A program made the position numbers and the translations under genes. A stretch of DNA of 64,000 nucleotides from Eledone cirrhosa (lineage: Eukaryota): assembly GCA_964016885.1 (NCBI GenBank), contig OZ024741.1, forward strand, positions 399,094,001-399,158,000, read 5' to 3'. Of the stretch, positions 30,601-42,904 are shown piece after piece. Within the stretch, counting starts at the first letter, position 1; each line of letters starts with the position of its first letter. The notes below the pieces were generated by a model, which had not been told where the DNA came from, made no database searches, and saw only the letters and a program-made list of their open reading frames with translations.

Positions 30601-33600
30601 CATGAGGCTATAATAGTAAAACCCTTGACCTAAGAACCATAAAAACTGGACAAGATGGGGCTATAATAGTAAAACCCTTGACCCTAGAACCATAAAAACT
30701 GGACAAGATGGGGCTATAATAGTAAAACCCTTGACCCAAGAACCATAAAAACTGGACAAGATGGGGCTATAATAGTAAAACCCTTGACCCAAGAACCATA
30801 AAAACTGGACAAGATGGGGCTATAATAGTAAAACCCTTGACCCAAGAACCATAAAAACTGGACAACATGAGGCTATAATAGTAAAACCCTTGACCTAAGA
30901 ACCATAAAAACTGGACAACATGAGGCTATAATAGTAAAACCCTTGACCTAAGAACCATAAAAACTGCACAACATGAGGCAATAATAGTAAAACCCTTGAC
31001 CTAAGAACCATAAAAACTGGACAACATGAGGCTATAATAGTAAAACCCTTGACCTAAGAACCATAAATCTGGACAACATCAGGCTATAATAGTAAAACCC
31101 TTGACCTAAGAACCATACAAACTGGACCACATGAGGCTATAATAGTAAAACCCTTGACCTAAGAACCATAAAGACTGGACAACATGAGGCTATAATAGTA
31201 AAACACTTGACCTAAGAACAATAAAAACTGGACAACAGGAGGCTGTAATAGTAAAAGCCCTGACCCAAGAACTATAAAATCTGGACAACATGAGGCTATA
31301 ATAGTAAAATCCTTGACCTAAGAATCATAAAAACTGGACAACATGAGGCTATAATAGTAAAACCATTGACCTAAGAACCATAAAAACTGGACAACATGAA
31401 GCTATAATAGTAAAACCCTTGACCTAAGATCCATAAAAACTGGACAACATGAGGCTATAATAGTAAAACCCTTGACCTAAGAACCATAAAAACTGGACAA
31501 CATGAGGCTATAATAGTAAAACCCTTAACCTAAGAACCATAAAATCTGGACAACATGAGGCTATAATAGTAAAACCCTTGACCTAAGAACCATAAACCTG
31601 GACAACATGAGGCTATAATAGTAAAACCCTGGACCTAAGAACCATAAAAACTGGACAACATGAGGCTATAATAGTAAAACCCTTGACCTAACAACCATAA
31701 AAACTGGACAAGTTGGGGCTATAATAGTAAAACCCTTGACCCAAGAACCATAAAAACTGGACAACATGAGGCTATAATAGTAAAACCCTTGACCTAAGAA
31801 CCATAAAATCTGGACAACATGAGGCTATAATATTAAAACCCTTGACCTAAGATCCATAAAAACTGGACAACATGAGGCTATAATAGTAAAACCCTTGACC
31901 TAAGAACCATAAAAACTGGACAACATGAAGCTATAATAGTAAAACCCTTGACCTAAGATCCATAAAAACTGGACAACATGAGGCTATAATAGTAAAACCC
32001 TTGACCTAAGAACCATAAAAACTGGACAACATGAGGCTATAATAGTAAAACCCTTGACCTAAGAACCATAAAAACTGGACAACATGAGGCTATAATAGTA
32101 AAACCCTTGACCTAAGAACCATAAAAACTGGACAACATGAGGCTATAATAGTAAAACCCTTGACCTAAGAACCATAAAAACTGGACAAGATGGGGCTATA
32201 ATAGTAAAACCCTTGACCCAAGAACCATAAAAACTGGACAACATGAGGCTATAATAGTAAAACCCTTGATGTAAGAACCATAAAAACTGGACAACATGAG
32301 GCTATAATAGTAAAACCCTTGACCTAAGAACCATAAAAACTGGACAAGATGGGGCTATAATAGTAAAACCCTTGATGTAAGAACCATAAAAACTGGACAA
32401 CATGAGGCTATGATAGTAAAACCCTTGACCCAAGAACCATAAAAACTGGACAACATGAGGCTATAATAGTAAAACCCTTGACCTAAGAACCATAAAAACT
32501 GGACAACATGAGGCTATAATAGTAAAACCCTTGACCTAAGAACCATAAAAACTGGACAACATGAGGCTATATAGTAAAACCCTTGACGTAAGAACCATAA
32601 AAACTGGACAACATGAGGCTATAATAGTAAAACCCTTGATGTAAGAACCATAGAAACTGGACAATATGAGGCTATAATAGTAAAACCCTTGACCTAAGAA
32701 ACATAAAAACTGGACAACATGAGGCTATAATAGTAAAACCCTTGACCTAAGAACCATAAAAACTGGACAACATGAGGCTATAATAGTAAAACCCTTGACC
32801 TAAGAACCATAAAAACTGGACAACATGAGGCTATAATAGTAAAACCCTTGACCTAAGAACCATAAAAACTGGACAACATGAGGCTATAATAGTAAAACCC
32901 TTGACCTAAGAACCATAAAACCTGGACAACATGAGTCTATAATAGTAAAACCCTTGACCTAAGAACCATAAAAACTGGACAACATGAGGCTATAATAGTA
33001 AAACCCTTGACCTAAGAACCATAAAAACTGGACAACATGAGGCTATAATAGTAAAACCCTTGACTTAAGATCCATAAAAACTGGACAACATGAGGCTATA
33101 ATAGTAAAACCCTTGACCTAAGAACCATAAAAACTGGACAACATGAGGCTATAATAGTAAAACCCTTGACCTAAGAACCATAACAACTGGACAACATGAG
33201 GCTATAATAGTAAAACACTTGACCTAAGAACCATAAAAACTGGACAACATGAGGCTATAATAGTAAAACACTTGACCTAAGAACCATAAAAACTGGACAA
33301 CATGAGGCTATAATAGTAAAAGCCCTGACCCAAGAACTATAAATACTGGACAACATGAGGCTATAATAGTAACATCCTTGACCTAAGAATCATAAAAACA
33401 GGACAACATGAGGCTATAATAGTAAAACCATTGACCTAAGAACCATAAAAACTGGACAACATGAGGCTATAATAGTAAAACCCTTGACCTAAGATCCATA
33501 AAAACTGGACAACATGAGGCTATAATAGTAAAACCCTTGACCTAAGAATCATAAAATCTGGACAACATGAGGCTATAATAGTAAAACCCTTGATGTAAGA

Positions 33601-35629
33601 ACTATAAAAACTGGACAACATGAGGCTATAATAGTAAAACCCTTGATGTAAGAACCATAAAAACTGGACAACATGAGGCTATAATAGTAAAACCCTTGAC
33701 CTAAGAACCATAAAAACTAGACAACATGAGGCTATAATAGTAAAACCGTTGACCTAAGAACCATAAAACTGGACAACATGAGGCTATAATAGTAAAACCC
33801 TTGACCTAAGAACCATAAAAACTGGACAACATGAGGCTATAATAGTAAAACCCTTGACCTAAGAACCATAAAAACTGGACAAGATGGGGCTATAATAGTA
33901 AAACCCTTGACCCAAGAACCATAAAAACTGGACAACATGAGGCTATAATAGTAAAACCCTTGATGTAAGAACCATAAAAACTGGACAACATGAGGCTATA
34001 ATAGTAAAACCCTTGACCTAAGAACCATAACAACTGGACAACTTGAGGCTATAATAGTAAAACCCTTGATGTAAGAACCATAAAAACTGGACAACATGAG
34101 GCTATGATAGTAAAACCCTTGACCCAAGAATCATAAAAACTGGACAACATGAGGCTATAATAGTAAAACCCTTGACCTAAGAACCATAAAAACTGGACAA
34201 CATGAGGCTATAATAGTAAAACCCTTGACCTAAGAACCATAAAAACTGGACAACATGAGGCTATATAGTAAAACCCTTGACGTAAGAACCATAAAAACTG
34301 GACAACATGAGGCTATAATAGTAAAACCCTTGATGTAAGAACCATAAAAACTGGACAATATGAGGCTATAATAGTAAAACCCTTGACCTAAGAACCATAA
34401 AAACTGGACAACATGAGGCTATAATAGTAAAACCCTTGACCTAAGAACCATAAAAACTGGACAACATGAGGCTATAATAGTAAAACCCTTGACCTAAGAA
34501 CCATAAAAACTGGACAACATGAGGCTATAATAGTAAAACCCTTGACCTAAGAACCATAAAAACTGGACAACATGAGGCTATAATAGTAAAACCCTTGACT
34601 TAAGATCCATAAAAACTGGACAACATGAGGCTATAATAGTAAAACCCTTGACCTAAGAACCATAAAAACTGGACAACATGAGGCTATAATAGTAAAACCC
34701 TTGACCTAAGAACCATAAAAACTGGACAACATGAGGCTATAATAGTAAAACCCTTGACCTAAGAACCATAAAACCTGGACAACATGAGTCTATAATAGTA
34801 AAACCCTTGACCTAAGAACCATAAAAACTGGACAACATGAGGCTATAATAGTAAAACCCTTGACCTAAGAACCATAAAAACTGGACAACATGTGGCTATA
34901 ATAGTAAAACCCTTGACTTAAGATCCATAAAAACTGGACAACATGAGGCTATAATAGTAAAACCCTTGACCTAAGAACCATAAAAACTGGACAACATGAG
35001 GCTATAATAGTAAAACCCTTGACCTAAGAACCATAACAACTGGACAACATGAGGCTATAATAGTAAAACCCTTGACCAAGTACCACAATAACTAGACAAC
35101 ATGAGGCTATAATAGTAAAACGCTTGACTTAAGAACGACAAAAACTGGAAACCGAGGCTATGATAGTAAAACCCTTGAACAAGTACCACAATAACTAGAC
35201 AAACCGAAACTATAATAGAGAAAACACTTGTCAGAGAAAGACGCAGTGCGACTGAATCCGGTCCTCTGCCAATGCCAAGTGAATTCCTTAACCACACAGT
35301 AATGCTTACAACATGTCTGCGCCTTATTCGTTTATTTATTCATTTATTTATTCATTTATTTATTTAATTTATTAATTTAATTATGTATTTATTTATGCTT
35401 TAGTTTTTAGGCAATGTTTCTTTATCTCTAACCTAATTTATCAACTAATTATGTATCATATTAAGAACGTCCTCAACAACACTCAGCAACCATTAGAAAT
35501 ATTTCCGCTGTCTACAGCTTTTGTGTTCTTTCTTATATTTACAGTCTTAATGTTGAAGTGTTACGGTCTTCTGATATATTCTACTTGTCTTTAAATCAAA
35601 CAGGTTTTTGTCCCCGGGTATAGAAACGT

Positions 35630-35820
35630 GAGAAATAGAGAGAGGGTGGAGAGAGCAAGAGGGAGAGAGACAACAGGAGAGAGAGAGGAATAAGGGGAGA
35701 GAGAACGGGGAAACAAAGAGAGAGAAGAAAGTAAGGGAAGAAAGAGAGAGAAGGCGATAACAAAATGAGAGAGAGAAGGGGGGAAATGAGGGACAGAAAG
35801 AAAGAGAAGAAAAAGAGATT
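35630..35820. repeat. GA-rich low-complexity tract
   Basis: Imperfect (GA)n purine run. Confidence 0.8.
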
Positions 35821-35999
35821 TAATGAAAGCTTGCTAACTCATAAGGGATGTCTTAAATATACAGATGATGCTTAATAAGATTGTATTTACTGCATATCAG
35901 TCTCAGTTGGTTGAGCAACCAACTGCAGTGGCAAATGCACAAATTACACGGTGTTGGTTCTTTCAATTATTGTTTTAGTTTTATTATACAAATTCCTTC

Positions 36000-36357
36000 C
36001 TAGACGCTAACTCAGTCTCTTGCAGACTCCGCATCAACATGAGATATTTTCCACAAACTTCAATCACCAACAGCAAAGTTTATCCTGTCCGCCGGGGCTG
36101 TGGGGAGGCCAGCACGTGGGACCCCATTTGCTCACCATACGGATTAATAGGCAAAGTTAAAAACTATTGTTTCTACCGGTTGGAAGTCGGTGTGACAGTT
36201 CTGTGGTTTTCTGTTTTCACGAGATGTATTAGTGATGTGATAGAGGGGAGGTAATTCTGGTTTGAAAGAGTAAAGGTCAAGTCCAGTTAGCATTATCAAG
36301 CCAGCATTTTAAGTGTCGAGCCTTGCTTCTCTTACCGGCTAACTTTCCTTCTAGGCA
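36000..36357 (-). mobile_element. RTE/BovB-type LINE 3' end, degenerate and interrupted (copy 1)
   Basis: Minus strand gives CLEGKLAGKRSKARHLKCWLDN (36,264-36,357) and AVGD*SLWKISH (36,039-36,076), resembling the RTE ORF2 C-terminus LEGKxxGKRxRGRxxxxWxD...DRxxWR. Confidence 0.65.
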
Positions 36358-36363
36358 CACTAG

Positions 36364-36870
36364 ACCATCTTCCCGTTCCACGATGATAAACCCCTCATCT
36401 GGGATGCGACATGCAGCGTCACATTATCCAGAGGCAAACTGGTGCAGTCTGCAACTAACCCGGGCTCTGCTGCACTTCAGGCTGATGAGGGTAAACTCTC
36501 CAAATATCGGTCACTCTCCGACAGGTTTGCGGTCGAGCCCGTAGCAGTGGATATTTCTGGTGTCCTTGCTCCTTAGGCCACCTTCCTACTCTCCACCATC
36601 GGCACAGGGTTGGTTACCCGAAGGTGTGAGCCTCGCGAGCTGGAATGGCTCTTCCAGCGCGTGTCCCTCACAATCCTCTGGGGAAACGCCTTCTCTGTTC
36701 TGTCCGCCGGGCTGCGGGGCGGCCAGCACGCGGGCCTGCATTTGCTCATAATAGTGAGAGATGGGGAAATCAGGAGATACAAAGACAGTGACAGTGGGAA
36801 TTTGGTTCCATTGTGTTCGGACCTGATGTACATGTATATATTTATTTACCACACCACATTAATTGTATAT
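36364..36870 (+). mobile_element. CRE-clade non-LTR retrotransposon 3' fragment (restriction-like endonuclease C-terminus), pseudogenised
   Basis: Frame from 36,364 reads TIFPFHDDKPLIWDATCSVTL...AALQADEGKLSKYRSLSDRFAVEPVAVDISGVLAP*...EPRELEWLFQRVSLTILWGNAFSVLSAG. This matches CRE motifs WDATC, KxxKY, FxPxAVETxG and FQRxSxAxxRGNA. One in-frame stop at 36,574. Confidence 0.8.
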
Positions 36871-36879
36871 TTCTCTCAC

Positions 36880-37035
36880 ATGAGATATTCCTCTCCACAA
36901 AGTTCGATCACCACCAGCAGAGGTGAAAGATCAAAGGTCAAGTCCAGCTCTCCATAAGTTGACATTATCAAGCCAGTGTTTTAGCTGTTAATCCTGGATT
37001 CTCTTACCGCCTAATTTTCCTTCTAGGCATAACTC
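36880..37035 (-). mobile_element. RTE/BovB-type LINE 3' end (copy 2)
   Basis: Minus strand reads LCLEGKLGGKRIQD*QLKHWLDNVNLWRAGLDL*SFTSAGGDRTLWRGISH. It is a diverged direct repeat of 36,039-36,076 plus 36,264-36,357. Confidence 0.7.
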
Positions 37036-37097
37036 ACGTCATTTTTTTTTTTTTTACACTTTATAATTTTATACAAATTAGTTCCATCTGAAGTGTT

Positions 37098-37693
37098 AGA
37101 TATAATAAGTACTAATTTAAGATATAATAAGTACTAATTTAAGATATAATAAGTACTAATTTAAGATATAATAAGTACTAATTTAAGATATTATAAGTAC
37201 TAATTTAAGATATAATAAGTACTAATTTAAGATATTATAAGTACTAATTTAAGATATTATAAGTACTAATTTAAGATATAATAAGTACTAATTTAAGATA
37301 TTATAAGTACTAATTTAAGATATTATAAGTACTAATTTAAGATATTATAAGTACTAATTTAAGATATTATAAGTACTAATTTAAGATATAATAAGTACTA
37401 ATTTAAGATATTATAAGTACTAATTTAAGATATTATAAGTACTAATTTAAGATATAATAAGTACTAATTTAAGATATTATAAGTACTAATTTAAGATATA
37501 ATAAGTACTAATTTAAAATATTATAAGTACTAATTTAAGATATTATAAGTACTAATTTAAGATATTATAAGTACTAATTTAAGATATTATAAGTACTAAT
37601 TTAAGATATAATAAGTACTAATTTAAGATATTATAAGTACTAATTTAAGATATTATAAGTACTAATTTAAGATATTATAAGTATTAATTTAAG
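37098..37693. repeat. 22-bp AT-rich minisatellite, ~27 copies
   Basis: Unit AGATAT(A/T)ATAAGTACTAATTTA, near perfect. Confidence 0.98.
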
Positions 37694-37793
37694 ACAGACA
37701 AAGATAATAACAAGCCCCAGTTAATATTTTACAGTATAACAATCATTTTTTAGCGACTAATTAAAATTGTGAGAGTTGTGTCATGGTGACGTC

Positions 37794-38365
37794 GTCTTCT
37801 TCTTCTTCTTCTTCTTCTTCTTCTTCTTCTTCTTCTTCTTCTTCTTCTTCTTCTTCTTCTTCTTCTTCTTCTTCTTCTTCTTGAGTGGGTCGTGGGTGGG
37901 GGTAGTGTCCTCAAACGCTCCCGCCAACAGGTCCTGTCAGAAGTAACTGTCTTCAATTGATCCGACTGGATGCCGAGCGAGACCAGTCAAGCTCATGGAT
38001 ATTATCCAACGATCTTGCTCGGGGTCTACCCCTGGGTCTACCCCTGGGTCTCCTGTTGGTTTTACCCATAAAATCTGTCCAGCGATTATTTCCTGAGACA
38101 TTCTAACCACATGCTCATAGTATCAGAGCTATGAACTCTCAATTGGGAGAAGTAGTGTCTCTACCTGGAGTGACTCTCTCATCTCCGAGCTACGTACTCT
38201 ATCGAGTAACGTTACTCCAAAGACCCTTCAGAGGAATCCCACTTCAGCCACATGTATTTGCAATCATATTCTTTCGGTCATTACCCAAGATTTATGGCCA
38301 TAGGTAAGCGTTGGCACGAATACCGAATTGAAGATGGCGAGTTTGGCTTGTACATCTACCTCCCT
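37794..38365 (-). mobile_element. RTE-clade (Expander/Rex3-like) LINE, 5'-truncated, with (GAA)n 3' tail
   Basis: Minus strand reads KLAIFNSVFVPTLTYGHKSWVMTERI*LQIHVAEVGFL*RVFGVTLLDRVRSSEMRESLQVE..., then an RPRGRPR motif and DRTCWRERLRTLPP, followed by ~29 GAA units (37,794-37,882). Confidence 0.88.
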
Positions 38366-38398
38366 TTTTCTGATTACTGAATAGTTACAATTTTGAAG

Positions 38399-38682
38399 GT
38401 GCCTAGATTAATGGTAAGGGTGTTCGCCACACGATCGTAATGTCGTGAGTTCGATTCCCGGTGACATGTTGTGTCGTCTGGCAATATGCTTTATTTCTCG
38501 TTACCGCAGTCCACTCAGCTGGCAAAAAGTAACCAAGCTTGAAACTGAAATGAGCGGCTTTTCCCACACACCGTGTCACACTGAACTTCCCTGGGGTTTA
38601 CGTTAAGTGTATACGTTAACTTCTTGAACTGTCCCGTTGATCGATCAACTGGAACACTCTTCGTGGAAACCGAGAGAGATTA
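38399..38682 (+). mobile_element. tRNA-derived SINE, degenerate
   Basis: A-box-like TAGATTAATGG and B-box GAGTTCGATTCCC, followed by a CORE-like TGTGTCGTCTGGCAATATGCTTTATTTC segment and GTCCACTCAGCTG. Confidence 0.7.
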
Positions 38683-38748
38683 TCAAGTTCCTATAAGTGG
38701 ATTTTGGTACACTAAAAGTGTACGGGACCTTGGTGATCCATTTCTTGT

Positions 38749-38785
<37 letters not shown>

Positions 38786-39177
38786 TCAAATTACAAAATA
38801 TGAGGAAATAATAGACAAAAATATACCTATTTTTTGTTCAAAGTCCCGACTGCAGTTTCGCCGATCCGTGTGCACTGAATTATGCACTTTAAAAGTGCAT
38901 CATTGCTGTGAAGTTGATACCGCTTATCAAGAGATCCCTCATAAAAAAGGATTGTTTCTTTCATAGCAAGTGAGAATTTCTCGAGAGGCGGAGAGAGAGG
39001 TAAACACGTGATACAGTGGTCACAGAAGGGTAGTGAGGTGGACAGTGAGCGAATAACGTATTTGCTAGAAAAAGCAGTTAATGCACTCGTGGTTAACTCG
39101 ATCATAGGGGAGTTTGGGACAAAATAATAATGAAATACACACACATATTCATACGTATGTGTGTGTGTGTGGTGACC

Positions 39178-39215
<38 letters not shown>

Positions 39216-39615
39216 GTGGTTCAGTAGATTCGTGGTTTACTGAGGAAGGTACCAAAATCACCACTCTATGCTAAGGTAGAGTTTGTATAGTGAAAACAAA
39301 GTGAGGTTTCACATTAAGGTCTTTATTGATTATACGCTGTTGCCACCGTTTCTAGTTTAATACTGGTTTAATGCCGCAAGCGTTAACCTAATATATTACT
39401 TCCATATACTGTACCGATTGTGATGATCATTTCTGAAGACAGCATATATATGTGAAGGTATGTATATTTCCTCTGATAGTTTGTAATATTTTTACATAGA
39501 TCTATATAATATACATACCAACACACATATATATCCTAGAAACGATCGTAAAATGATGAATTTTTTAATATAAGGAACTTGTACTTTGTTTTTATTCATT
39601 GTTTTTCTTAATTTA

Positions 39616-39689
<74 letters not shown>

Positions 39690-39900
39690 CCAATCCGATC
39701 CAGAGCCCTCTCATTCGTGACTGACCTCCACTTTGAATTTCGTAGTTCCAGGATACTCAGCTGAAAATGAGTACCAGTAATAGCCGGGGGTTTAACTCTG
39801 CGATGGATTACCATCCTGACGGAGGAAGAGTCTTGTATTTTCAGTCGCTTAACATCAAGGAAACCGAGATAAGCATCTGTCTGATGAGCTCCCGAACTTG
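39690..39900 (+). mobile_element. SINE fragment with V-domain-like segment
   Basis: ACTCAGCTGAAAATGAGTACCAG...GGGGGTTTAACTCTGCGATGGATTACCATCC...GAAACCGAGATAAGC resembles the conserved V-type SINE body (CTGCGATGGACTAGCATCC). Confidence 0.55.
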
Positions 39901-39974
39901 AACCACACTTTATATTTTTTTCTATATTATCAGAATTATATAATGTTCTAACATAAAGTTGTATTGAGCATTTT

Positions 39975-40081
39975 CAGTGTATGTGTGTCTTTTGTGAGTG
40001 AGTATGTGGATAGGTGTGCATGTGTGTATGTGTGTGTGTGTATGTGTGTGTGTATGTGTGTGTGCGTGTGTGCGTGTGTGC

Positions 40082-40163
<82 letters not shown>
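39975..40163. repeat. (TG)n microsatellite
   Basis: Direct inspection. Confidence 0.97.
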
Positions 40164-40167
<4 letters not shown>

Positions 40168-40869
40168 GTTCGCTCTGCAATTGTAAGGTTTCGGGTTTGA
40201 TCCGTCTGCGTAACATGTTAGTCACCTAGGGCAAGTATTAAACCGAAACTGTTTGGAATCCCGTCAAAGGGATTGTACTTCAAATTCCAAGTTTCAGTCT
40301 TGTCACACAGTGTATCAGCCAGTGCCTCCCTTACACATTCATTTCAAGAGCAGCGTATTGCGTTCATCGAACACACATCGTCGAAACCAACGGAGATCCA
40401 TTCCATCTCTGTGAGTGCATGTATACTGCAAAAGAAAGAAAGAGAGAGAGAGGGTGTGGGGAAGGCCCATATATTTATATATATATTTTACATATTCACA
40501 TAAAATTATGTCAAAGTCATACACCATTTTCTATAAAATATATTGCCGAAAGTTCAGTAGCTTATCAACATGTATTGTTGTTGTTATTGTTGTTTAGATC
40601 TAACGACACTAAGTGGTACTCTACAACACATAACTCGAAGTATTTCAGATAAACAGAACATGGGGTGAGGAAAAAAATCACAAATAAAAACAGAAAGAGC
40701 CCTAAAAAAACTAAAATAAAACTTCTTTATTCGATTTGAAGAGGTTGTAAGAGATATTTAATCCTTACAACACTGTCAGGTATAAAGACAAGATGGTGGG
40801 TGGTCCAAACTTTACAACAAATATTTTACTGAAACAAACCGAATATTTGTAAAAATCACATTTCTTCAC

Positions 40870-41284
40870 CACTTCTTTGTTCTTATTGCTTTCTTTCTTG
40901 CTTGTTCTCTCTCAATCTCTCTTTCTTTTTTTCTTTCTTTTTCCCCTTCTTTCTTGCTTGCTTGTTCTCTCTCTCTTTATTTTTTCTCTCTCTTTCTTTT
41001 ATTTTTTCTTTCTTTCCTTCTTTCTTTCTCCTTCTCTTTTTGTCTCTTTTCTTTCTTTCTTTGTTTCTTTTTTCTTTCACTCTCTCTCTCTCTCTCTCTT
41101 TCTTTTCTTTCACTCTCTCTCTCTTTCTTTCCTTCTTTCTTTCTCCTTCTCTTTTTATCTCTTTTCTTTTTTCTTTCTTTACTCTTTCTTACTTCTCGCT
41201 CTTTTTCTTTCTTTTTATCTTTCTTTATTTTTTATCTTTCTCTCTCTTTCTCTCTCTTTTTCTTTCTCTCTCTCTCTCTTTCTT

Positions 41285-41316
<32 letters not shown>

Positions 41317-41530
41317 CCTCACTCGCTTTCGTTCTTTCTCTCTTTCTTTCTCACTCTCTTTCTTTCTTTCTCTCTTTCTTTCTTTCTCACTCTCTTTCTT
41401 TCTTTCTCTCTCTCTTTCTTTCTTTCTCACTCTCTTTCTTTCTTTCTCTCTCCCTTTCTTCTTCCTTTCATTCTTCCTTTCTTTCTTTACTTCCTTTCAT
41501 TGTTGTTGTTTTTTTGTTATTTTTTCTTAC
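40870..41530. repeat. CT-rich polypyrimidine tract [(CT)n/(CTTT)n mosaic]
   Basis: ~660 bp almost entirely C/T; source of the spurious F/L/S-rich ORFs. Confidence 0.97.
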
Positions 41531-41577
41531 TAACAAAAATATTGCGTATTTACGGGGTGAAGAGTCTCTTCACGTCT

Positions 41578-41745
41578 CTGTGTGTGTGTGTGTGTATGTG
41601 TGTGTGTGTGTATCTGTGTGTGTATTTGTGTGTGGTGTGTATGCAATATAATTGTCAATACATTAATATGTACATTTGTACAATACATATATATATATAT
41701 ACACACACACAATACATATATATACATTATATATATACACACACA

Positions 41746-41804
<59 letters not shown>

Positions 41805-41916
41805 ATATATATACATATCAGTCATTTCAATCATCTCACCACTTCATAACCTCATATTTCTTTCTGTCAATATGAAATCGCTGAACCTTATATATATATA
41901 TACATATATATGTAGG

Positions 41917-42002
<86 letters not shown>
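41578..42002. repeat. Compound (TG)n/(TA)n microsatellites
   Basis: Direct inspection. Confidence 0.95.
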
Positions 42003-42004
<2 letters not shown>

Positions 42005-42904
42005 GGCAGGTTATTTATGAGTTTTTCTCTTTACATACCGATGTGTAGAAAACAAAACCATAGACTAAACACAATTGTTATAGTACTGGTGACAGAGTCG
42101 TGCATAACTTCTTGTAGCACGATATGGGGCTGAAGGCTACACCGTTTCCACTTAACCCTTTCGTCACTATAATTTTAATGAAAATCGCTGAGTATTATTT
42201 TCAAATAATCTTGGATGTAATCAAGAATTTTGAAAGATTTAGTAATATAACTAACATTCTCATTATTAAGCTGGTTTGTGTTTAACACATAAATTAACAA
42301 AATGTCTTGCATAAAATTATGTTTGAAGATTTTAAAATAAATATAATCACTTTAAAACAAATTATTTCTTTTCGTAATATAATTCACTTTTTAATTATTA
42401 ATATGGTGTTAACACACGTTCTTCTATAAAATTATGATGGAAGATTTTAAAATAAATATAAAGATTTTAAAACAAAATTTTGTTTCAGTAATATAAAGCA
42501 CTTACCTTCAGAAGTTTGTAACTTTTACCACGAAAAAACGAGTAGAAGGACGATTGCCGTCAGCATTAATAAGTGAGATATTACGTTGTTAAAACCTCCA
42601 TGTGGTCCTTATGTTTAGGATATCCGTGTACTGTCTACAGTGGTGTTTCTAGTTATTTATTGTATAACTACGTGACTCTTCGAATATTTCTTTGTGTTCT
42701 TCTGAAAAATGATTGTTGTTGGCCTTTCATCTTTACGGGTCGATAAAAAAACGTACCAGTAATACAGTGGGGTAATTGTTGGCTATATATATATGTATAT
42801 ATATATAGCTAAGCTGCCGAAACGGCCGGAGCTCAGCCGTCGGGGTCCTGTATCGAGTACTCTGGTGCGCTATGGCCACCTGGTTTCTTACCACACCTCC
42901 TTCG

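Larger units (their letters stand above)
1..35232. repeat. 53-bp tandem satellite array, ~660 monomers, open at the window's 5' edge
   Basis: Consensus CTGGACAACATGAGGCTATAATAGTAAAACCCTTGACCTAAGAACCATAAAAA recurs every 53 bp (AATAGTAAAA at 1, 54, ...) with usually 0-3 substitutions per copy. The last 3-4 monomers (35,075-35,232) are degenerate. Confidence 0.99.

Noticed and set aside
1-35232. CRISPR-like array or the ten short minus-strand ORFs (MLSSFYGS...) as genes
   Set aside because: Monomers are contiguous with no unique spacers and no cas genes. The ORFs are chance stop-codon losses in a 53-bp repeat read through all three frames.
37750-37956. Poly-arginine (protamine-like) ORF
   Set aside because: Translation of the (GAA)n tail plus the frameshifted RTE C-terminus.
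38399-38465. Genuine tRNA gene (also the SINE heads at 61,938 and 62,140)
   Set aside because: A and B boxes are present, but there is no closable cloverleaf or acceptor stem and each continues into a SINE body.
38825-39130. MITE with degenerate terminal inverted repeats (TTTTGTTCAAAGTCCC / GGGAGTTTGGGACAAAA)
   Set aside because: The match is short and imperfect with no target-site duplication or second copy in the window.
39878-39905. CTGATGAG as a hammerhead core
   Set aside because: No GAAA or stem III follows, and it fits the 3' end of the V-type SINE fragment.
40877-42133. Long F/L/S-rich, YI-repeat and CV-repeat ORFs as membrane proteins
   Set aside because: They are translations of (CT)n, (TA)n and (TG)n microsatellites.
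42152-42505. TTAACCCTTTCG-starting DNA transposon end with an internal ~100-bp duplication
   Set aside because: Only one putative terminus is visible, so the element cannot be delimited.
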